Virus record (IMG/VR): IMGVR_UViG_3300023213_000432
Span: 64,001-128,000 of that record
Source of the DNA: a virus
Lineage: Duplodnaviria; Caudoviricetes
Strand: one strand, 5' to 3'
Length of the DNA: 64,000 nucleotides
Positions 9,013-18,881 of this stretch are shown here, piece after piece. The position numbers were made by a program, and so were the translations under genes. A model generated the notes under the pieces. The model searched no databases, had not been told where the DNA came from, and worked only from the letters and a program-made list of their open reading frames with translations. The first letter of the stretch is position 1. The number at the start of each line of letters is the position of its first letter.

Positions 9013-9122
9013 GCCAATTACCCATGACTAAAAGTTATGGGCTTGTGTGAAGGATCCTAGTTAGATTCTTTTGATCAAGTTAAATTATTGCATTAGACAC
9101 AGATCAGAATAGGAGACGTTAA
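9013..9122 (+). mobile_element. Truncated isrB-element remnant (first ~110 nt of omegaRNA)
   Basis: GCCAATTACCCATGACTAAAAGTTATGGGCTTG...CAGAATAGGAGAC, then ATGA. Confidence 0.8.
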
Positions 9123-9386
9123 ATGACCCACGTTCGTATTTCTGCTGAACAAAATGAGCAAGAACTTACTATTCCTTGCACTAACTGCACTTCCGAATTT
9201 CGGGAAGAAAAGTTTGGTTGGCGTCCGGGATTAGTGTTTCATCCTTCATGGCATGAGTGGCTGGCTAAATTTCGTTTAGCGCGCGAAGAGAAAGTCGCTC
9301 CACCACCATTTCCCGAAGCACCATACTATATGGATTGTGATGTTTGTAAAGGTACTGGAGAAAAAGTAGTTTCGGTGGGTCAATAA
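9123..9386 (+). CDS. Zn-finger hypothetical protein (CxxC...CxxCxGxG)
   Basis: PCTNC; DCDVCKGTG; stop supplied by the next element. Confidence 0.65.
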   Translation: MTHVRISAEQNEQELTIPCTNCTSEFREEKFGWRPGLVFHPSWHEWLAKFRLAREEKVAPPPFPEAPYYMDCDVCKGTGEKVVSVGQ

Positions 9387-9835
9387 CCCACGATTTTAAT
9401 CGTGGGCTTGTGCGAAGGGAATCAGTCACTCTCTTTTGATCAAGACTAAAATATTGTACTAGACGAAGATCAGAATAGGAGACGCAAGTCAAATAGAAGA
9501 AGATCAAATAGGCAGATCAGGATCGTTATGACGAGACTGGAAAAGATACGCTACTGGATGTTTCGCTAGTCTGTAGCCGCATTTCGTAAGAGATGCCGAT
9601 ATTCTATCGATAAATTATAGGATATCCGCTGTGTTTTGCTTATGTCGAAGCGAGTTGCACAAGCCCTTTACAGGGAAGGTTTTCTGAGGATTTTTCCTTT
9701 CTCTCACGAGAGAATAAAGTCTTCGTTTTACTAAACAATTCGTCAAGAAAAGAGATATTGATGTCTTATACAAACAGAATAGGAGAGTTCAATTCCTCTC
9801 ACGACTAAAATCGTGGGTCTCCTTGAACCAATTTT
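9379..9835 (+). mobile_element. omegaRNA-only mini isrB element (internal deletion of the ORF)
   Basis: Both ends and the full omegaRNA present; only the last ~30 isrB codons kept; followed by ATGA. Confidence 0.9.
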
Positions 9836-10060
9836 ATGACACTCGATGAGATTAAGAAAGAACTTCAAGGCAGTCGGGATGAGACTGATAAGTTGGTCAA
9901 ATGTCTTCAGGACGCTATTCAGGCGGAAAATGAGGAAGATTTTATTCAAGCCTTGACTTGTGCTGATAGGATGGCTATTTCTTTATCAGGGACTATCTTT
10001 GAAGCATTATGCAAGATAGACCCAGAAGCAGCGATGGGTAATCTAGAAGACATAGATTAG
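9836..10060 (+). CDS. Hypothetical protein
   Basis: ORF starting at the ATGA flank of the mini element. Confidence 0.55.
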   Translation: MTLDEIKKELQGSRDETDKLVKCLQDAIQAENEEDFIQALTCADRMAISLSGTIFEALCKIDPEAAMGNLEDID

Positions 10061-10069
10061 AGGTCTAAC

Positions 10070-10474
10070 ATGTGGATCACTACTGGTATCATTATTATAT
10101 ACTTAATGGGCATTCCAGTGACATTTATATTGGAGCCTTATCTATATTGTCCAGATCCTGAAACGAAGGACAATCTGAAAGATGTCGTCCTTTTGTCTTT
10201 GTTTTGGCCCATTTTTTTGTTGATTGTATTACCCGTTAGCACACTCATCGTTCTTCGGGAAGCTACTCGTCAAAGAGTTCTTCGCAAGAAACAAGAGAAA
10301 AACCAAAAGACATCGCAAAAGAAAGATTCGGAATCATCGGTTCCTAAACGAGAGCCAATTAACTATCGTGTTGCCCCATGCCATATTTGCGGTCATGCAG
10401 TTCAATACCTTGATGAGATAGAAAAAGAATTAACTTCAGTTGAACACTATAATCCTCTGAAAAATCATTCATGA
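10070..10474 (+). CDS. Membrane protein with C-terminal CxxC
   Basis: Two hydrophobic segments; LFWPI motif; GAGGT SD. Confidence 0.6.
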   Translation: MWITTGIIIIYLMGIPVTFILEPYLYCPDPETKDNLKDVVLLSLFWPIFLLIVLPVSTLIVLREATRQRVLRKKQEKNQKTSQKKDSESSVPKREPINYRVAPCHICGHAVQYLDEIEKELTSVEHYNPLKNHS

Positions 10475-11718
10475 ACCCCATTGATAAAAACTACTTTGAG
10501 GAAAAGCTGGACGTAGCTAAAAAGCATTTGAAGAAAGTGCAACAGTTCCTCACCATTAACAAGCAAGTTATTAAGCTTGGGCAAATTGCATCTAATTCTA
10601 TTGTGGAAACTGTTAAAAACAAAACGCCGGTTTCTTTAGTTTCGGGTGCTTTGGAAGCTATTTCTGCCTTAACTATTGGGGATATGTGGTATGCGCGAGA
10701 CTATTTTCCTATTGGTCAGGGATGGTATGATCTTACGGTAGATGGAGAACGTAATCTTTCCGAGTTATTTGGAACTGTTATTCGAAAGTATCCCAGCAAA
10801 TCATTGTCAATTCTAGATGGAGATCGAACCCGAGTTCCAGAATTAATCGCTTTACCAATTGGCGTAATTGGGTGCATTTCCTCAGAAAGCGATATTTCGG
10901 TCTTGTATCAGCCCGAGAAGGTTGATAGAGACAAGCTCTTGTCCTTTTTAGTTAAAGAGAAAGTTAAAGAACTCAATAGCAATTTTTTCTCTTTGTTTTC
11001 CAAAAGCACTGGATATGGATCTCGGCACTTTTCTTTAGTTCCTGAGAAACTTAATCCATTACCTTCTCGAAGAGCCCAAGAGTATGTGGAATACTTCAAG
11101 CGATACTTCGACAAAGGCATTCATCGTTCAGTTCTATTTTATGGGCCGCCGGGAACCGGAAAAAGCACTTTAGTTCAATATCTTCTCAGTGAGTTTGGGT
11201 TCCGAACTTTCAAGTTTAGATGTGAAGGATTTATGGTGCCATTCGGTATGGTTCGTTTCATCATTGAGAATTTTGATTGCGAAGCAGTGATGATGGATGA
11301 TATGGATCATATGATTGGAAATGGAAGCAACTCTGATCTTTTGGAAACTCTAGAAGTAGCTAATAGGCATTCTAAGTTTGTTATTGGATGCGCAAACGTT
11401 TTGTCAGGTTTTCATAGCGCTCTTATTAGACCAAAACGTTTTGATGAAATAATTAAAATTGATACTTTGGATGAGGAAACTATTATCGGAGTATTGGGCG
11501 ATCTTAGCCCTGACTACAAAGATAAAGTTAGACATTGGCCTATTGCTTACGTTAGTGAGTTGAAGACCAAGAGCTTAGTAGTTTCTGCTAAAGAATTGGA
11601 AGCAGCATATGTTGAACTGAATGAGAGAGTTAAAAATCAATTGGTAATGGTGGGCAAAGAAAACGAAGATGGGGATGAAAAAAAGAGTAGTCCATCACTT
11701 GCGGAATCCGAATCATGA
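10471..11718 (+). CDS. AAA+ ATPase
   Basis: Walker A FYGPPGTGKS; Walker B VMMDDMD; ALIRPKRFD arginine finger. Confidence 0.9.
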   Translation: MNPIDKNYFEEKLDVAKKHLKKVQQFLTINKQVIKLGQIASNSIVETVKNKTPVSLVSGALEAISALTIGDMWYARDYFPIGQGWYDLTVDGERNLSELFGTVIRKYPSKSLSILDGDRTRVPELIALPIGVIGCISSESDISVLYQPEKVDRDKLLSFLVKEKVKELNSNFFSLFSKSTGYGSRHFSLVPEKLNPLPSRRAQEYVEYFKRYFDKGIHRSVLFYGPPGTGKSTLVQYLLSEFGFRTFKFRCEGFMVPFGMVRFIIENFDCEAVMMDDMDHMIGNGSNSDLLETLEVANRHSKFVIGCANVLSGFHSALIRPKRFDEIIKIDTLDEETIIGVLGDLSPDYKDKVRHWPIAYVSELKTKSLVVSAKELEAAYVELNERVKNQLVMVGKENEDGDEKKSSPSLAESES

Positions 11719-11945
11719 GTCCTTATCGAACTGATATGGTAGTTCGGGAGCAAAAACAAGAATTTGGTTTGATTATTGCTCCCAAAGCTTATGTCCATGA
11801 GTGCCGACTTCCAAGATTATTGTTTCATCTTTGGATGTGGATGAGAGGTCAAAAAGTTGAGAATAAAAGCTTATACCGCTGCACCTGCGGAAAAGTGTTT
11901 CAGTATATAGCAGTAATTGGTCCATTAGGCTCTTGGTGTCAATAA
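11715..11945 (+). CDS. Small hypothetical protein; last codons replaced by the mini element
   Basis: HECRLP..YRCTCGK; removing the element gives ...GSWYELDD*. Confidence 0.55.
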   Translation: MSPYRTDMVVREQKQEFGLIIAPKAYVHECRLPRLLFHLWMWMRGQKVENKSLYRCTCGKVFQYIAVIGPLGSWCQ

Positions 11946-12386
11946 CCCATGACTAAAAGTCATGGGCTTGTGCGAAGGGAATCAGTCACTCTCTTTTGAT
12001 CAAGTTAAAATATTGTACTAGACACAGATCAGAATAGGAGAAGAAGATCAAATAGGCAGATCAGGATCGTTATGACGAGACTGGAAAAGATACGCTACTG
12101 GATGTTTCGCTAGTCTGTAGCCGCATTTCCGTAAGGAGATGACAATACCTCATCGATAATTTTGTGAGGTATTCGCTATGTTTTGCTTATGTCGAAGCGA
12201 GTTGCACAAGCCCTTTACAGGGAAGGTTTTCTGAGGATTTTTCCTTTCTCTTACGAGAAAATAAAGTCCTTGTTTTTATAAAACAATTCGTCAAGAAGAG
12301 AGATATTGATGTCTTATATGTACACAGGATAGGAGAGTTCAATTCCTCCCACGACTAAAATCGTGGGTCTCTTTGAACCATTTTTC
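11938..12386 (+). mobile_element. omegaRNA-only mini isrB element
   Basis: Same ends, omegaRNA and deletion junction as 9379-9835; followed by ATGA. Confidence 0.9.
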
Positions 12387-12425
12387 ATGAGTTGGACGAT
12401 TGATATTTAATAGGAGTATATAAAA

Positions 12426-13043
12426 ATGAAAAAGTTTTTGATGATGTTAGTTGGATTGATGATGATGGCGTCACCGGTAATGGCGGAAGACAAAGATGCT
12501 ACGGCTGAAGTCACTCCAGTGGTCAAAGTGATAGAAAAGAAATCAGACGAAAACGCAGGGCAAAATACAAATCACAAATGGCATGGGCAAGTGGATGATT
12601 TTTTCCACTATACAGGCTTTGACTTGGACATTCAAGCAGGTATTGGTTATCATTTTGATACACGTATTGCCACCAATGATGCTAGTAATGGATTCGTTCG
12701 TGCAAGGATTGGTGTTCTCCATGTTCCTCAGTACCCGTGGGCAATTTTTGGTGGAATGACTTTGGAAGGAAATTATTTATCTGGATGTGTTTGGGGTTTG
12801 CAAGGCGAACTTATTCACCAAGCTTTTGGTGGATGGATTCGTGGTGGATTTGGTAGTGATCAATACGTTCGTCCTCACTTCAATGCAGCCATTGGTTATA
12901 GTCTATTTGGCGTGGAAGTGCAAGGATATAGCGTTGGACCATATGCTTCGGAATCATTCAATGATAAACGTGAAGGTATTGCAGTAATGGGTGTCGTTCG
13001 AATTCCCATTGGGTATATCGCTTACGTTTTTAGCAAGCGCTAA
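12426..13043 (+). CDS. Secreted, probable outer-membrane beta-strand protein
   Basis: Signal peptide MKKFLMMLVGLMMMASPVMA; alternating Gly/aromatic beta pattern; TAGGAG SD. Confidence 0.55.
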   Translation: MKKFLMMLVGLMMMASPVMAEDKDATAEVTPVVKVIEKKSDENAGQNTNHKWHGQVDDFFHYTGFDLDIQAGIGYHFDTRIATNDASNGFVRARIGVLHVPQYPWAIFGGMTLEGNYLSGCVWGLQGELIHQAFGGWIRGGFGSDQYVRPHFNAAIGYSLFGVEVQGYSVGPYASESFNDKREGIAVMGVVRIPIGYIAYVFSKR

Positions 13044-13621
13044 CGTTGGCACCATCTTAATCCATCTGTAGAGAGATGTTGGTATTTGGCTACGGTTAAC
13101 ACAGCAGACTGATCAATGCAACGATAAGCGTCTGACGAATACCATCTTCGCATTAAACATGCCTCACAATCTAGATGATTACTTCCTAACGCATGTCCAA
13201 TTTCGTGCAAAGCAATAAGTTTGAGAGCCATTTGGGAGTCAATTCTATCTCTAACAAAGTAAATGCGATTACCTCCTACACCAACAGTGAAGGCATACGC
13301 TACGAGCGTATCATCTTGATTAGCGGCTTCATTTTTGGAAGTGATTCTAATAAACATATAGCCCGGATCTCTTGATGTTGCATGGAGATGATAGTGGTAG
13401 TCATCTACTATTAATTGTAATTTTTGATCAAGAGCCCAATTCCATTCATTGATGGCTTCTTGTAATGCTGTAACATCTCCTTCGCTAAATTGGTCATCGA
13501 TATAGATAGGAACTACTCTCACTTCTTGACCACTAGGATCATGAGTTATTCTCATATAATCCTTGGATACACATGCACTAATTGTCAATAAAACTAGACA
13601 TAAAGCCCAAAATCTGCGCAT
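13040..13621 (-). CDS. Matrixin/M10-like zinc metalloprotease, lipoprotein
   Basis: HEIGHALGSNH zincin motif followed by Met-turn CLM; lipobox ISAC. Confidence 0.85.
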   Translation of the reverse strand: MRRFWALCLVLLTISACVSKDYMRITHDPSGQEVRVVPIYIDDQFSEGDVTALQEAINEWNWALDQKLQLIVDDYHYHLHATSRDPGYMFIRITSKNEAANQDDTLVAYAFTVGVGGNRIYFVRDRIDSQMALKLIALHEIGHALGSNHLDCEACLMRRWYSSDAYRCIDQSAVLTVAKYQHLSTDGLRWCQR

Positions 13622-14235
13622 ATCTTAATGATTATGCGATATTATTACCAAAGAAAGGAATCGTATTATGCTACCTTTAATTTTTGCTGCATTATTTGCT
13701 TATGGACTTTTTCACTTAGGATTAGGGATACCGCTAGTTGTCTTAGCCACTGTCGCCTATATTGTTTTTGGTGGAGTTCAAATTGTCGAGAACACTGTTT
13801 TCGATGAAGAAACAGCCAAACGTTTCTTTACCGAATGATGAGGCGATTTAAGCTGGTAGAATTTTCGGAAACTCTATCGGGCAAATGGGAAGTAATTTTT
13901 GTTTGGTCGGAAGAAGAGGCGCACCAAAAATGGAAAAAGCTAAGAGAGTGGATTGTACAAGAACAACCCTACGGCTTCTTTCGAATGATTAAAGAAGGAT
14001 ATGTCGATGAGTAGAGTGCCCATCGAAATAGTAGATTTTCAAGTGGCTCTGTTATATGCCGAACATCTTGACGATAAAGATTTGAAGGAAATTGATTTCA
14101 AATGTCGCTTGATTGCGGAATTCATCCAAGCGTGTGGATGGGACGAAACAGATTATTGGAATCATCAACTTGATGATTAAGATCGATTATAGATACAATC
14201 TAATACTTTGTTAATCATGTTTTAAATGGGATATA

Positions 14236-14538
14236 ATGTTTCGATCTGTTAATTATAAATACATTAGGTCTCAATATGAGATTACCATCGTGGATGATGA
14301 TTTTACCGAAATTGTCGTCGCCAGTAATACCTTCATCAACACCATCGTCTCCATTTTGATTGATGTTTATTCTCGAAGAAATCTCAATGTGGCTGGCAAT
14401 CTAGTGTTGTTGATGCAATGTATAGAACATAGATGGTCATGGCGAAATATTAAACAGCAAATCAAAGGATATCAGAAATATGTTCCTGAATATTCAAATT
14501 ACCATGATCAAGTGATGGACTATCTAGTATTCATGTAA
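14236..14538 (+). CDS. Hypothetical protein
   Basis: ORF track; codon usage like neighbours. Confidence 0.55.
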   Translation: MFRSVNYKYIRSQYEITIVDDDFTEIVVASNTFINTIVSILIDVYSRRNLNVAGNLVLLMQCIEHRWSWRNIKQQIKGYQKYVPEYSNYHDQVMDYLVFM

Positions 14539-14563
14539 AAAGTAATTATCAAGGGAAAAGATT

Positions 14564-14935
14564 TTGGAGACTGATATGTGGCAACACAAAGCAGAATGGA
14601 TCCGACAACTCAAAGTAGGGGATCGAGTTTGCGACTGTAACTATGATCATTTAAAAATTGTCGCTATCACAGACGAATATTTTCCATGGAGACCGTGGTT
14701 TTTTTGGCTTGTATTTCATCTATCGTTACCATCTAAAGTTTTGGATTGGTATGAGAATATATGGTATGCGATATGCGCTAAAATGGGATGGAAAGAATTG
14801 ATGGATCGAAGCTTAACTTTAGAGGGCGGAAGACAATGCAGCGCCAATCATTGTTGTGATCCAGTGGAACATGAGTGGAATCATATTATCAAAGGAAAAA
14901 CTAATGGACAATCAAAGACAGAACAAGAAAATTAG
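14564..14935 (+). CDS. Hypothetical protein
   Basis: LKVGDRVCDC motif; ends CSANHCCDP. Confidence 0.55.
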   Translation: METDMWQHKAEWIRQLKVGDRVCDCNYDHLKIVAITDEYFPWRPWFFWLVFHLSLPSKVLDWYENIWYAICAKMGWKELMDRSLTLEGGRQCSANHCCDPVEHEWNHIIKGKTNGQSKTEQEN

Positions 14936-15278
14936 AACATTCACTGTTAAACGGAGCAAATGGCTTCGAGGTGAATATGACAAGCGCTATGATCGTTGGA
15001 AGGGAAAACGTGCAACTTTGTTAAATAATAAAGGACATTCTTGCTGTTTAGGATTTGTTGGAATTAGTTGTGGTATTCCTAGAGTTCGACTTGCGAGTCA
15101 AGTCCAACCTGATATGTTAGATGAACAATTTTATAAGATGTATCCCAAACTAAAAAAGGATGACTGGGATAGCTTTATAGCTATTAATGATGATTGTAAT
15201 TTGTCTGATGCGGAGCGAGAAATAAAGTTGCAAAAATTAGCTAACAGAAACGGATTCCGATTTAAATTCGTTAAATGA
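14904..15278 (+). CDS. Phage hypothetical protein (CCLG family)
   Basis: GHSCCLG..F..INDD; related to 26174-26572 and 48478-48864. Confidence 0.65.
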   Translation: MDNQRQNKKIRTFTVKRSKWLRGEYDKRYDRWKGKRATLLNNKGHSCCLGFVGISCGIPRVRLASQVQPDMLDEQFYKMYPKLKKDDWDSFIAINDDCNLSDAEREIKLQKLANRNGFRFKFVK

Positions 15279-15294
15279 AGAATAGGAACACGCT

Positions 15295-15573
15295 ATGAGT
15301 GAAGAACAAGTTCAAGAAAATCAAAGAGGTTCCCGTGGAGAAGTTGGCAAAGGAACCCCCTCTACCAAGATTAAAGCTCTTTGGAAGCGAGAAGGTAAAT
15401 CAAACGAGGCTTTAAAACGTTTTGCTCGCAGGATGATTAAAGAAAAGAAAAACACCGATGCTCAAATGTGGTTTGATTGTAAAGCTGGCAAGTTTGACAT
15501 GGAACGAAGCGAAAAGAATATAGCACGTATTCAGTTGGAACGTCAAGCTAGCAAGAGCACTAAAAAGAAATAG
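15295..15573 (+). CDS. Basic hypothetical protein
   Basis: TAGGA SD; Lys/Arg-rich. Confidence 0.6.
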   Translation: MSEEQVQENQRGSRGEVGKGTPSTKIKALWKREGKSNEALKRFARRMIKEKKNTDAQMWFDCKAGKFDMERSEKNIARIQLERQASKSTKKK

Positions 15574-15576
15574 TTT

Positions 15577-17463
15577 ATGAAGTGTGATCATTGCGGAGCC
15601 CAAAAATCCGGTGCCCTTCCCACAGGAACTAGAATTGCTTGGTGCATTCAGTGCATCAAAGAAGAACATCTTTATTTAAGATCTTTGAATCTGGAAAGTT
15701 TTAGTTCATTCGACATTGATAATAGAATCAAAACTAATTCATGGCAAGAATTTGGGCTGCCTCAAAACATTAATAAACTTGGCGCTATCCCCAAAAAGGC
15801 ATCTATGAATCAACAATATTCTATCCCAACTCAATTTACTATTGGCTCTAAAGTTAAAGTTGGAGATGTTCCTTTAGGAACGGAAGTGGAATATAGTGGA
15901 ATTAAGGGCACTATTGTTGCAAAAGGCGGAAGCTCCTCCACTATTGCTTGGAAAATTGGAGACGCCCGCACATATAACGGAGCTTATGATATCACCAAAG
16001 CCGCTTCTGGAGCCGTTTCTGGCTCTGGAGAAAAGCTTCAAACGCTTTCCCAATATTCCTTGGGATACAATGTAGCAAATAGCGATCTAATTACTGTTAT
16101 CGCCAAACCAATAAGGATAGGTGATTTTCCTTTAGGAACTAGAGTTAAATGGAGTGGTTTGATTGGGACTATTATTGGGAATTATGCAGGCAGTTCTGTG
16201 AATGGTTCCGCTGCTATTGGCTGGAAATTAGGAGAAGAGCCCTATGTAGCTGCTCAGCAGAATTTTTTAGTTTCTAAATCTTATAACTATATTCCCAATA
16301 AAGAAAACTATGTAAATCATTATTGGGTTAACAATAATACTCAAATAGAAGTTTTGGAAAGTGAGGGCTGTATGAAAATATCGGAGTTGCAAATTGGTCA
16401 AGAGATAGAATGGAATGGAGTTAAAGGAATTATTGCAGGAAATCACACTAGTTCGGGAGAAAGATTATTTGTTAGTAAAGATCCTTTTCTTGGCACCTCG
16501 AAGCATACCAAAAGTAACGACACCAAGATAACTTATACTGATAAAGTAATTGATTACTCCTACTCCATTTGGCTTACGAGTCTTACCGAAGTGATAATGA
16601 TTGGAGAGAGGATTGGAAAGTTTGGATTGAAGTTAGGTGATAAAGTTGTTGTTTTCAGACGAAAGAACGATAACAGCCTAATGGATACCGGAGCTGAAGC
16701 GGATACCTCTCGTAGTTTAATAGGAACAGTAGCAGGGTTTAATGCCTTGGGAGAAGCCAATGTGTGGTTTGATCCCGCCCAATATGGAAATATTCAAGGC
16801 AATTCTACAGCTACTGCCAAAGCTGCGGTAGATAAGTCTTATATGGATAAAGTGGATCAAAATTATAACAACTTTTGGTTGATAAGAACGGATAAAGCAT
16901 TTATTAAAATCGAAATAAAGGAGAATAAAATGAGCAACGAAAAAAATGGTCAGAGTGAAACGAAGCCGACTTTTGTCGAAATGATGCGTACCGACATGAG
17001 CAGTGCAGCATATCGTGTAGCGGCAAATCAAATGAGCAAAGGCATTAAGGGCGCTATTTTGATGGCTCTCGAAAAGAAAGGCACTGATGGTGGCAAAGTC
17101 GCGGCTATTGCGGAAATGCTTGATACTGAAGTAGGTCAAGCAGCAATCAGCATGATGATTGGATTGGCACTAACGTATCTCCCGCATGTTAGCGCGGATC
17201 CGCGGGCTCAACGATTGGCAGGTGAATTCCGAGTGGAATCGATGACTATGGTCGGGAACACATTGCTAGATACAGTGGTGGAACATTTCCTTCCAGTGAT
17301 TACGGGAGCCCTCAATGCTCTTCCTCAAGAGACACCGGCAGTTCGTGTTTCCACTCCGCCTGTGGAGGAAACGAAATCAGTAGATAAACTGGCTTTGGAA
17401 GAAGCGGCACGGGAGGAAGCGGAGAAAGCCGCGGAGCCACAAGCCAAACAACAGCAAGCATAA
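15577..17463 (+). CDS. Modular protein B: N-terminal Zn finger, 4 SH3/KOW-like repeats, conserved C-terminal domain
   Basis: CDHCG..CIQC; repeats (V/I)GD.PLGT.V..SG..GTI; C-terminus AAYRVAANQMSKG..LDTEVG..EFRVE. Confidence 0.8.
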   Translation: MKCDHCGAQKSGALPTGTRIAWCIQCIKEEHLYLRSLNLESFSSFDIDNRIKTNSWQEFGLPQNINKLGAIPKKASMNQQYSIPTQFTIGSKVKVGDVPLGTEVEYSGIKGTIVAKGGSSSTIAWKIGDARTYNGAYDITKAASGAVSGSGEKLQTLSQYSLGYNVANSDLITVIAKPIRIGDFPLGTRVKWSGLIGTIIGNYAGSSVNGSAAIGWKLGEEPYVAAQQNFLVSKSYNYIPNKENYVNHYWVNNNTQIEVLESEGCMKISELQIGQEIEWNGVKGIIAGNHTSSGERLFVSKDPFLGTSKHTKSNDTKITYTDKVIDYSYSIWLTSLTEVIMIGERIGKFGLKLGDKVVVFRRKNDNSLMDTGAEADTSRSLIGTVAGFNALGEANVWFDPAQYGNIQGNSTATAKAAVDKSYMDKVDQNYNNFWLIRTDKAFIKIEIKENKMSNEKNGQSETKPTFVEMMRTDMSSAAYRVAANQMSKGIKGAILMALEKKGTDGGKVAAIAEMLDTEVGQAAISMMIGLALTYLPHVSADPRAQRLAGEFRVESMTMVGNTLLDTVVEHFLPVITGALNALPQETPAVRVSTPPVEETKSVDKLALEEAAREEAEKAAEPQAKQQQA

Positions 17464-17787
17464 GCGAAATAAAAAGGTTGTGAGAGCTTCCCTATAAAGC
17501 TCTTATTTAACAATTAACAATGGAGTATATTATGTTTCAATTTATTAAACGTACAGCATCGATGGTTCTGGCTAATTCAATCGTGGTCGGTTGCGATCAA
17601 TTTATCCGAACCCACGTCGAAGAAATTATTCGGGAACGCCGCCAGCGTAAGCAAAAAGAACAAGAGAACAAACGCTAAAACATTGCACCATTCGGGTTTT
17701 CGAACGATTTGAGGTGGTGTGCCTAGAACAGAAGAACTTAAGTAGTAGCCCGATCTTCTGATCTGCCTAATAACCTAGCATTTTATC

Positions 17788-18591
17788 ATGAAGAAAATCC
17801 TGTGGTTTTCAGATACTCATTTTTCTGTTTTTCATCCTTGGACGTTTTACACGTTTCTGCGAGAGGTTGAAAAAGAAAAACCCAACGGAATTTTTCTTAC
17901 AGGAGATATTGCGGATGGGGCGCCTCAATTATATTGGGTATTAGAGAGAATGGCCAAAAGCATTCCTTCTCCTATTTACTTTGTTTTAGGAAATCACTGC
18001 TGTTGGCTATCAAGCATGGCTCGGGTTCATCAAAAGGTAAGAGAGTTATGTCAAAAACATTCTAATCTTATTTGGATGCAAGACGCTGATGTCATTCATT
18101 TATCGGATGAAATTTCAATTTTAGGAGCCGACTCATGGTATTCTTGTGATCTTGGAAACACTGACTATTTGAAATGGACGGCAGATTGGTTTTTGATTGA
18201 AGATTTTCGAAAGTTGCCCTCATGGAATGATCGGATTGAAGCGTTTCGAAATTTGGCAGAACAAGCCAAAGATATAGTGGTCAGCAAGCTACAACGTGCG
18301 CTGGAGCAAGATTATAAAACTGTTTATATTCTTACTCATATCCCGCCATGGAAAGAAGCAACTAGAGATGAAGGATCTTTTTTAGAAAAATATTGGCTTC
18401 CCTATAATATCAATCTTCGAATGGGTAAAGCTATTGAGGATATAATGCGAGAACGAAAAAAGAAAAGAGTGGTTGTGTTAACAGGACACACCCATTCTCC
18501 GTTATATGTTCGAGTATCAAGAAACGTAGAATGTCAAGTTGGAGAAGGGCACTATGTTAAAGCGTCTCATTCTCAAAAGTTATTCATGTAA
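17788..18591 (+). CDS. Calcineurin-like metallophosphoesterase
   Basis: FSDTH; LTGDIADG; VLGNH; LTH.PP; TGHTH. Confidence 0.9.
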   Translation: MKKILWFSDTHFSVFHPWTFYTFLREVEKEKPNGIFLTGDIADGAPQLYWVLERMAKSIPSPIYFVLGNHCCWLSSMARVHQKVRELCQKHSNLIWMQDADVIHLSDEISILGADSWYSCDLGNTDYLKWTADWFLIEDFRKLPSWNDRIEAFRNLAEQAKDIVVSKLQRALEQDYKTVYILTHIPPWKEATRDEGSFLEKYWLPYNINLRMGKAIEDIMRERKKKRVVVLTGHTHSPLYVRVSRNVECQVGEGHYVKASHSQKLFM

Positions 18592-18602
18592 AGAGGTTAA
18601 TT

Positions 18603-18881
18603 ATGTATTTTATGGGCGATAAGGTTAGTTATATTGGGTCCAAATTTAAAAATTTAAAGATGGGCACCATCATTTCTCGAGTGCAAAATCAGACCCAAAC
18701 GTTTGTTGTAGATTTTGGAGAAGATGCATATGTGATACATGAGAAACTTCTTACTAAATATGATCCTTCCAAATCTACTGAAAAAGTTGATACCGAAACT
18801 GTTCGCAAAAAGAAACCAAACCTTGACAATAAACAAGTGCGAGAATTTATTTCCGATGAAGACGGCACCTACGTTGATTAA
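18603..18881 (+). CDS. Small SH3/KOW-like protein
   Basis: GDKVSYIG..GTII..VVDFG. Confidence 0.55.
   Translation: MYFMGDKVSYIGSKFKNLKMGTIISRVQNQTQTFVVDFGEDAYVIHEKLLTKYDPSKSTEKVDTETVRKKKPNLDNKQVREFISDEDGTYVD

Noticed and set aside
17750-17772. 12-nt antisense match (TAGGCAGATCAG) to the omegaRNA scaffold
   Set aside because: Too short and lacks any other element sequence; may be chance
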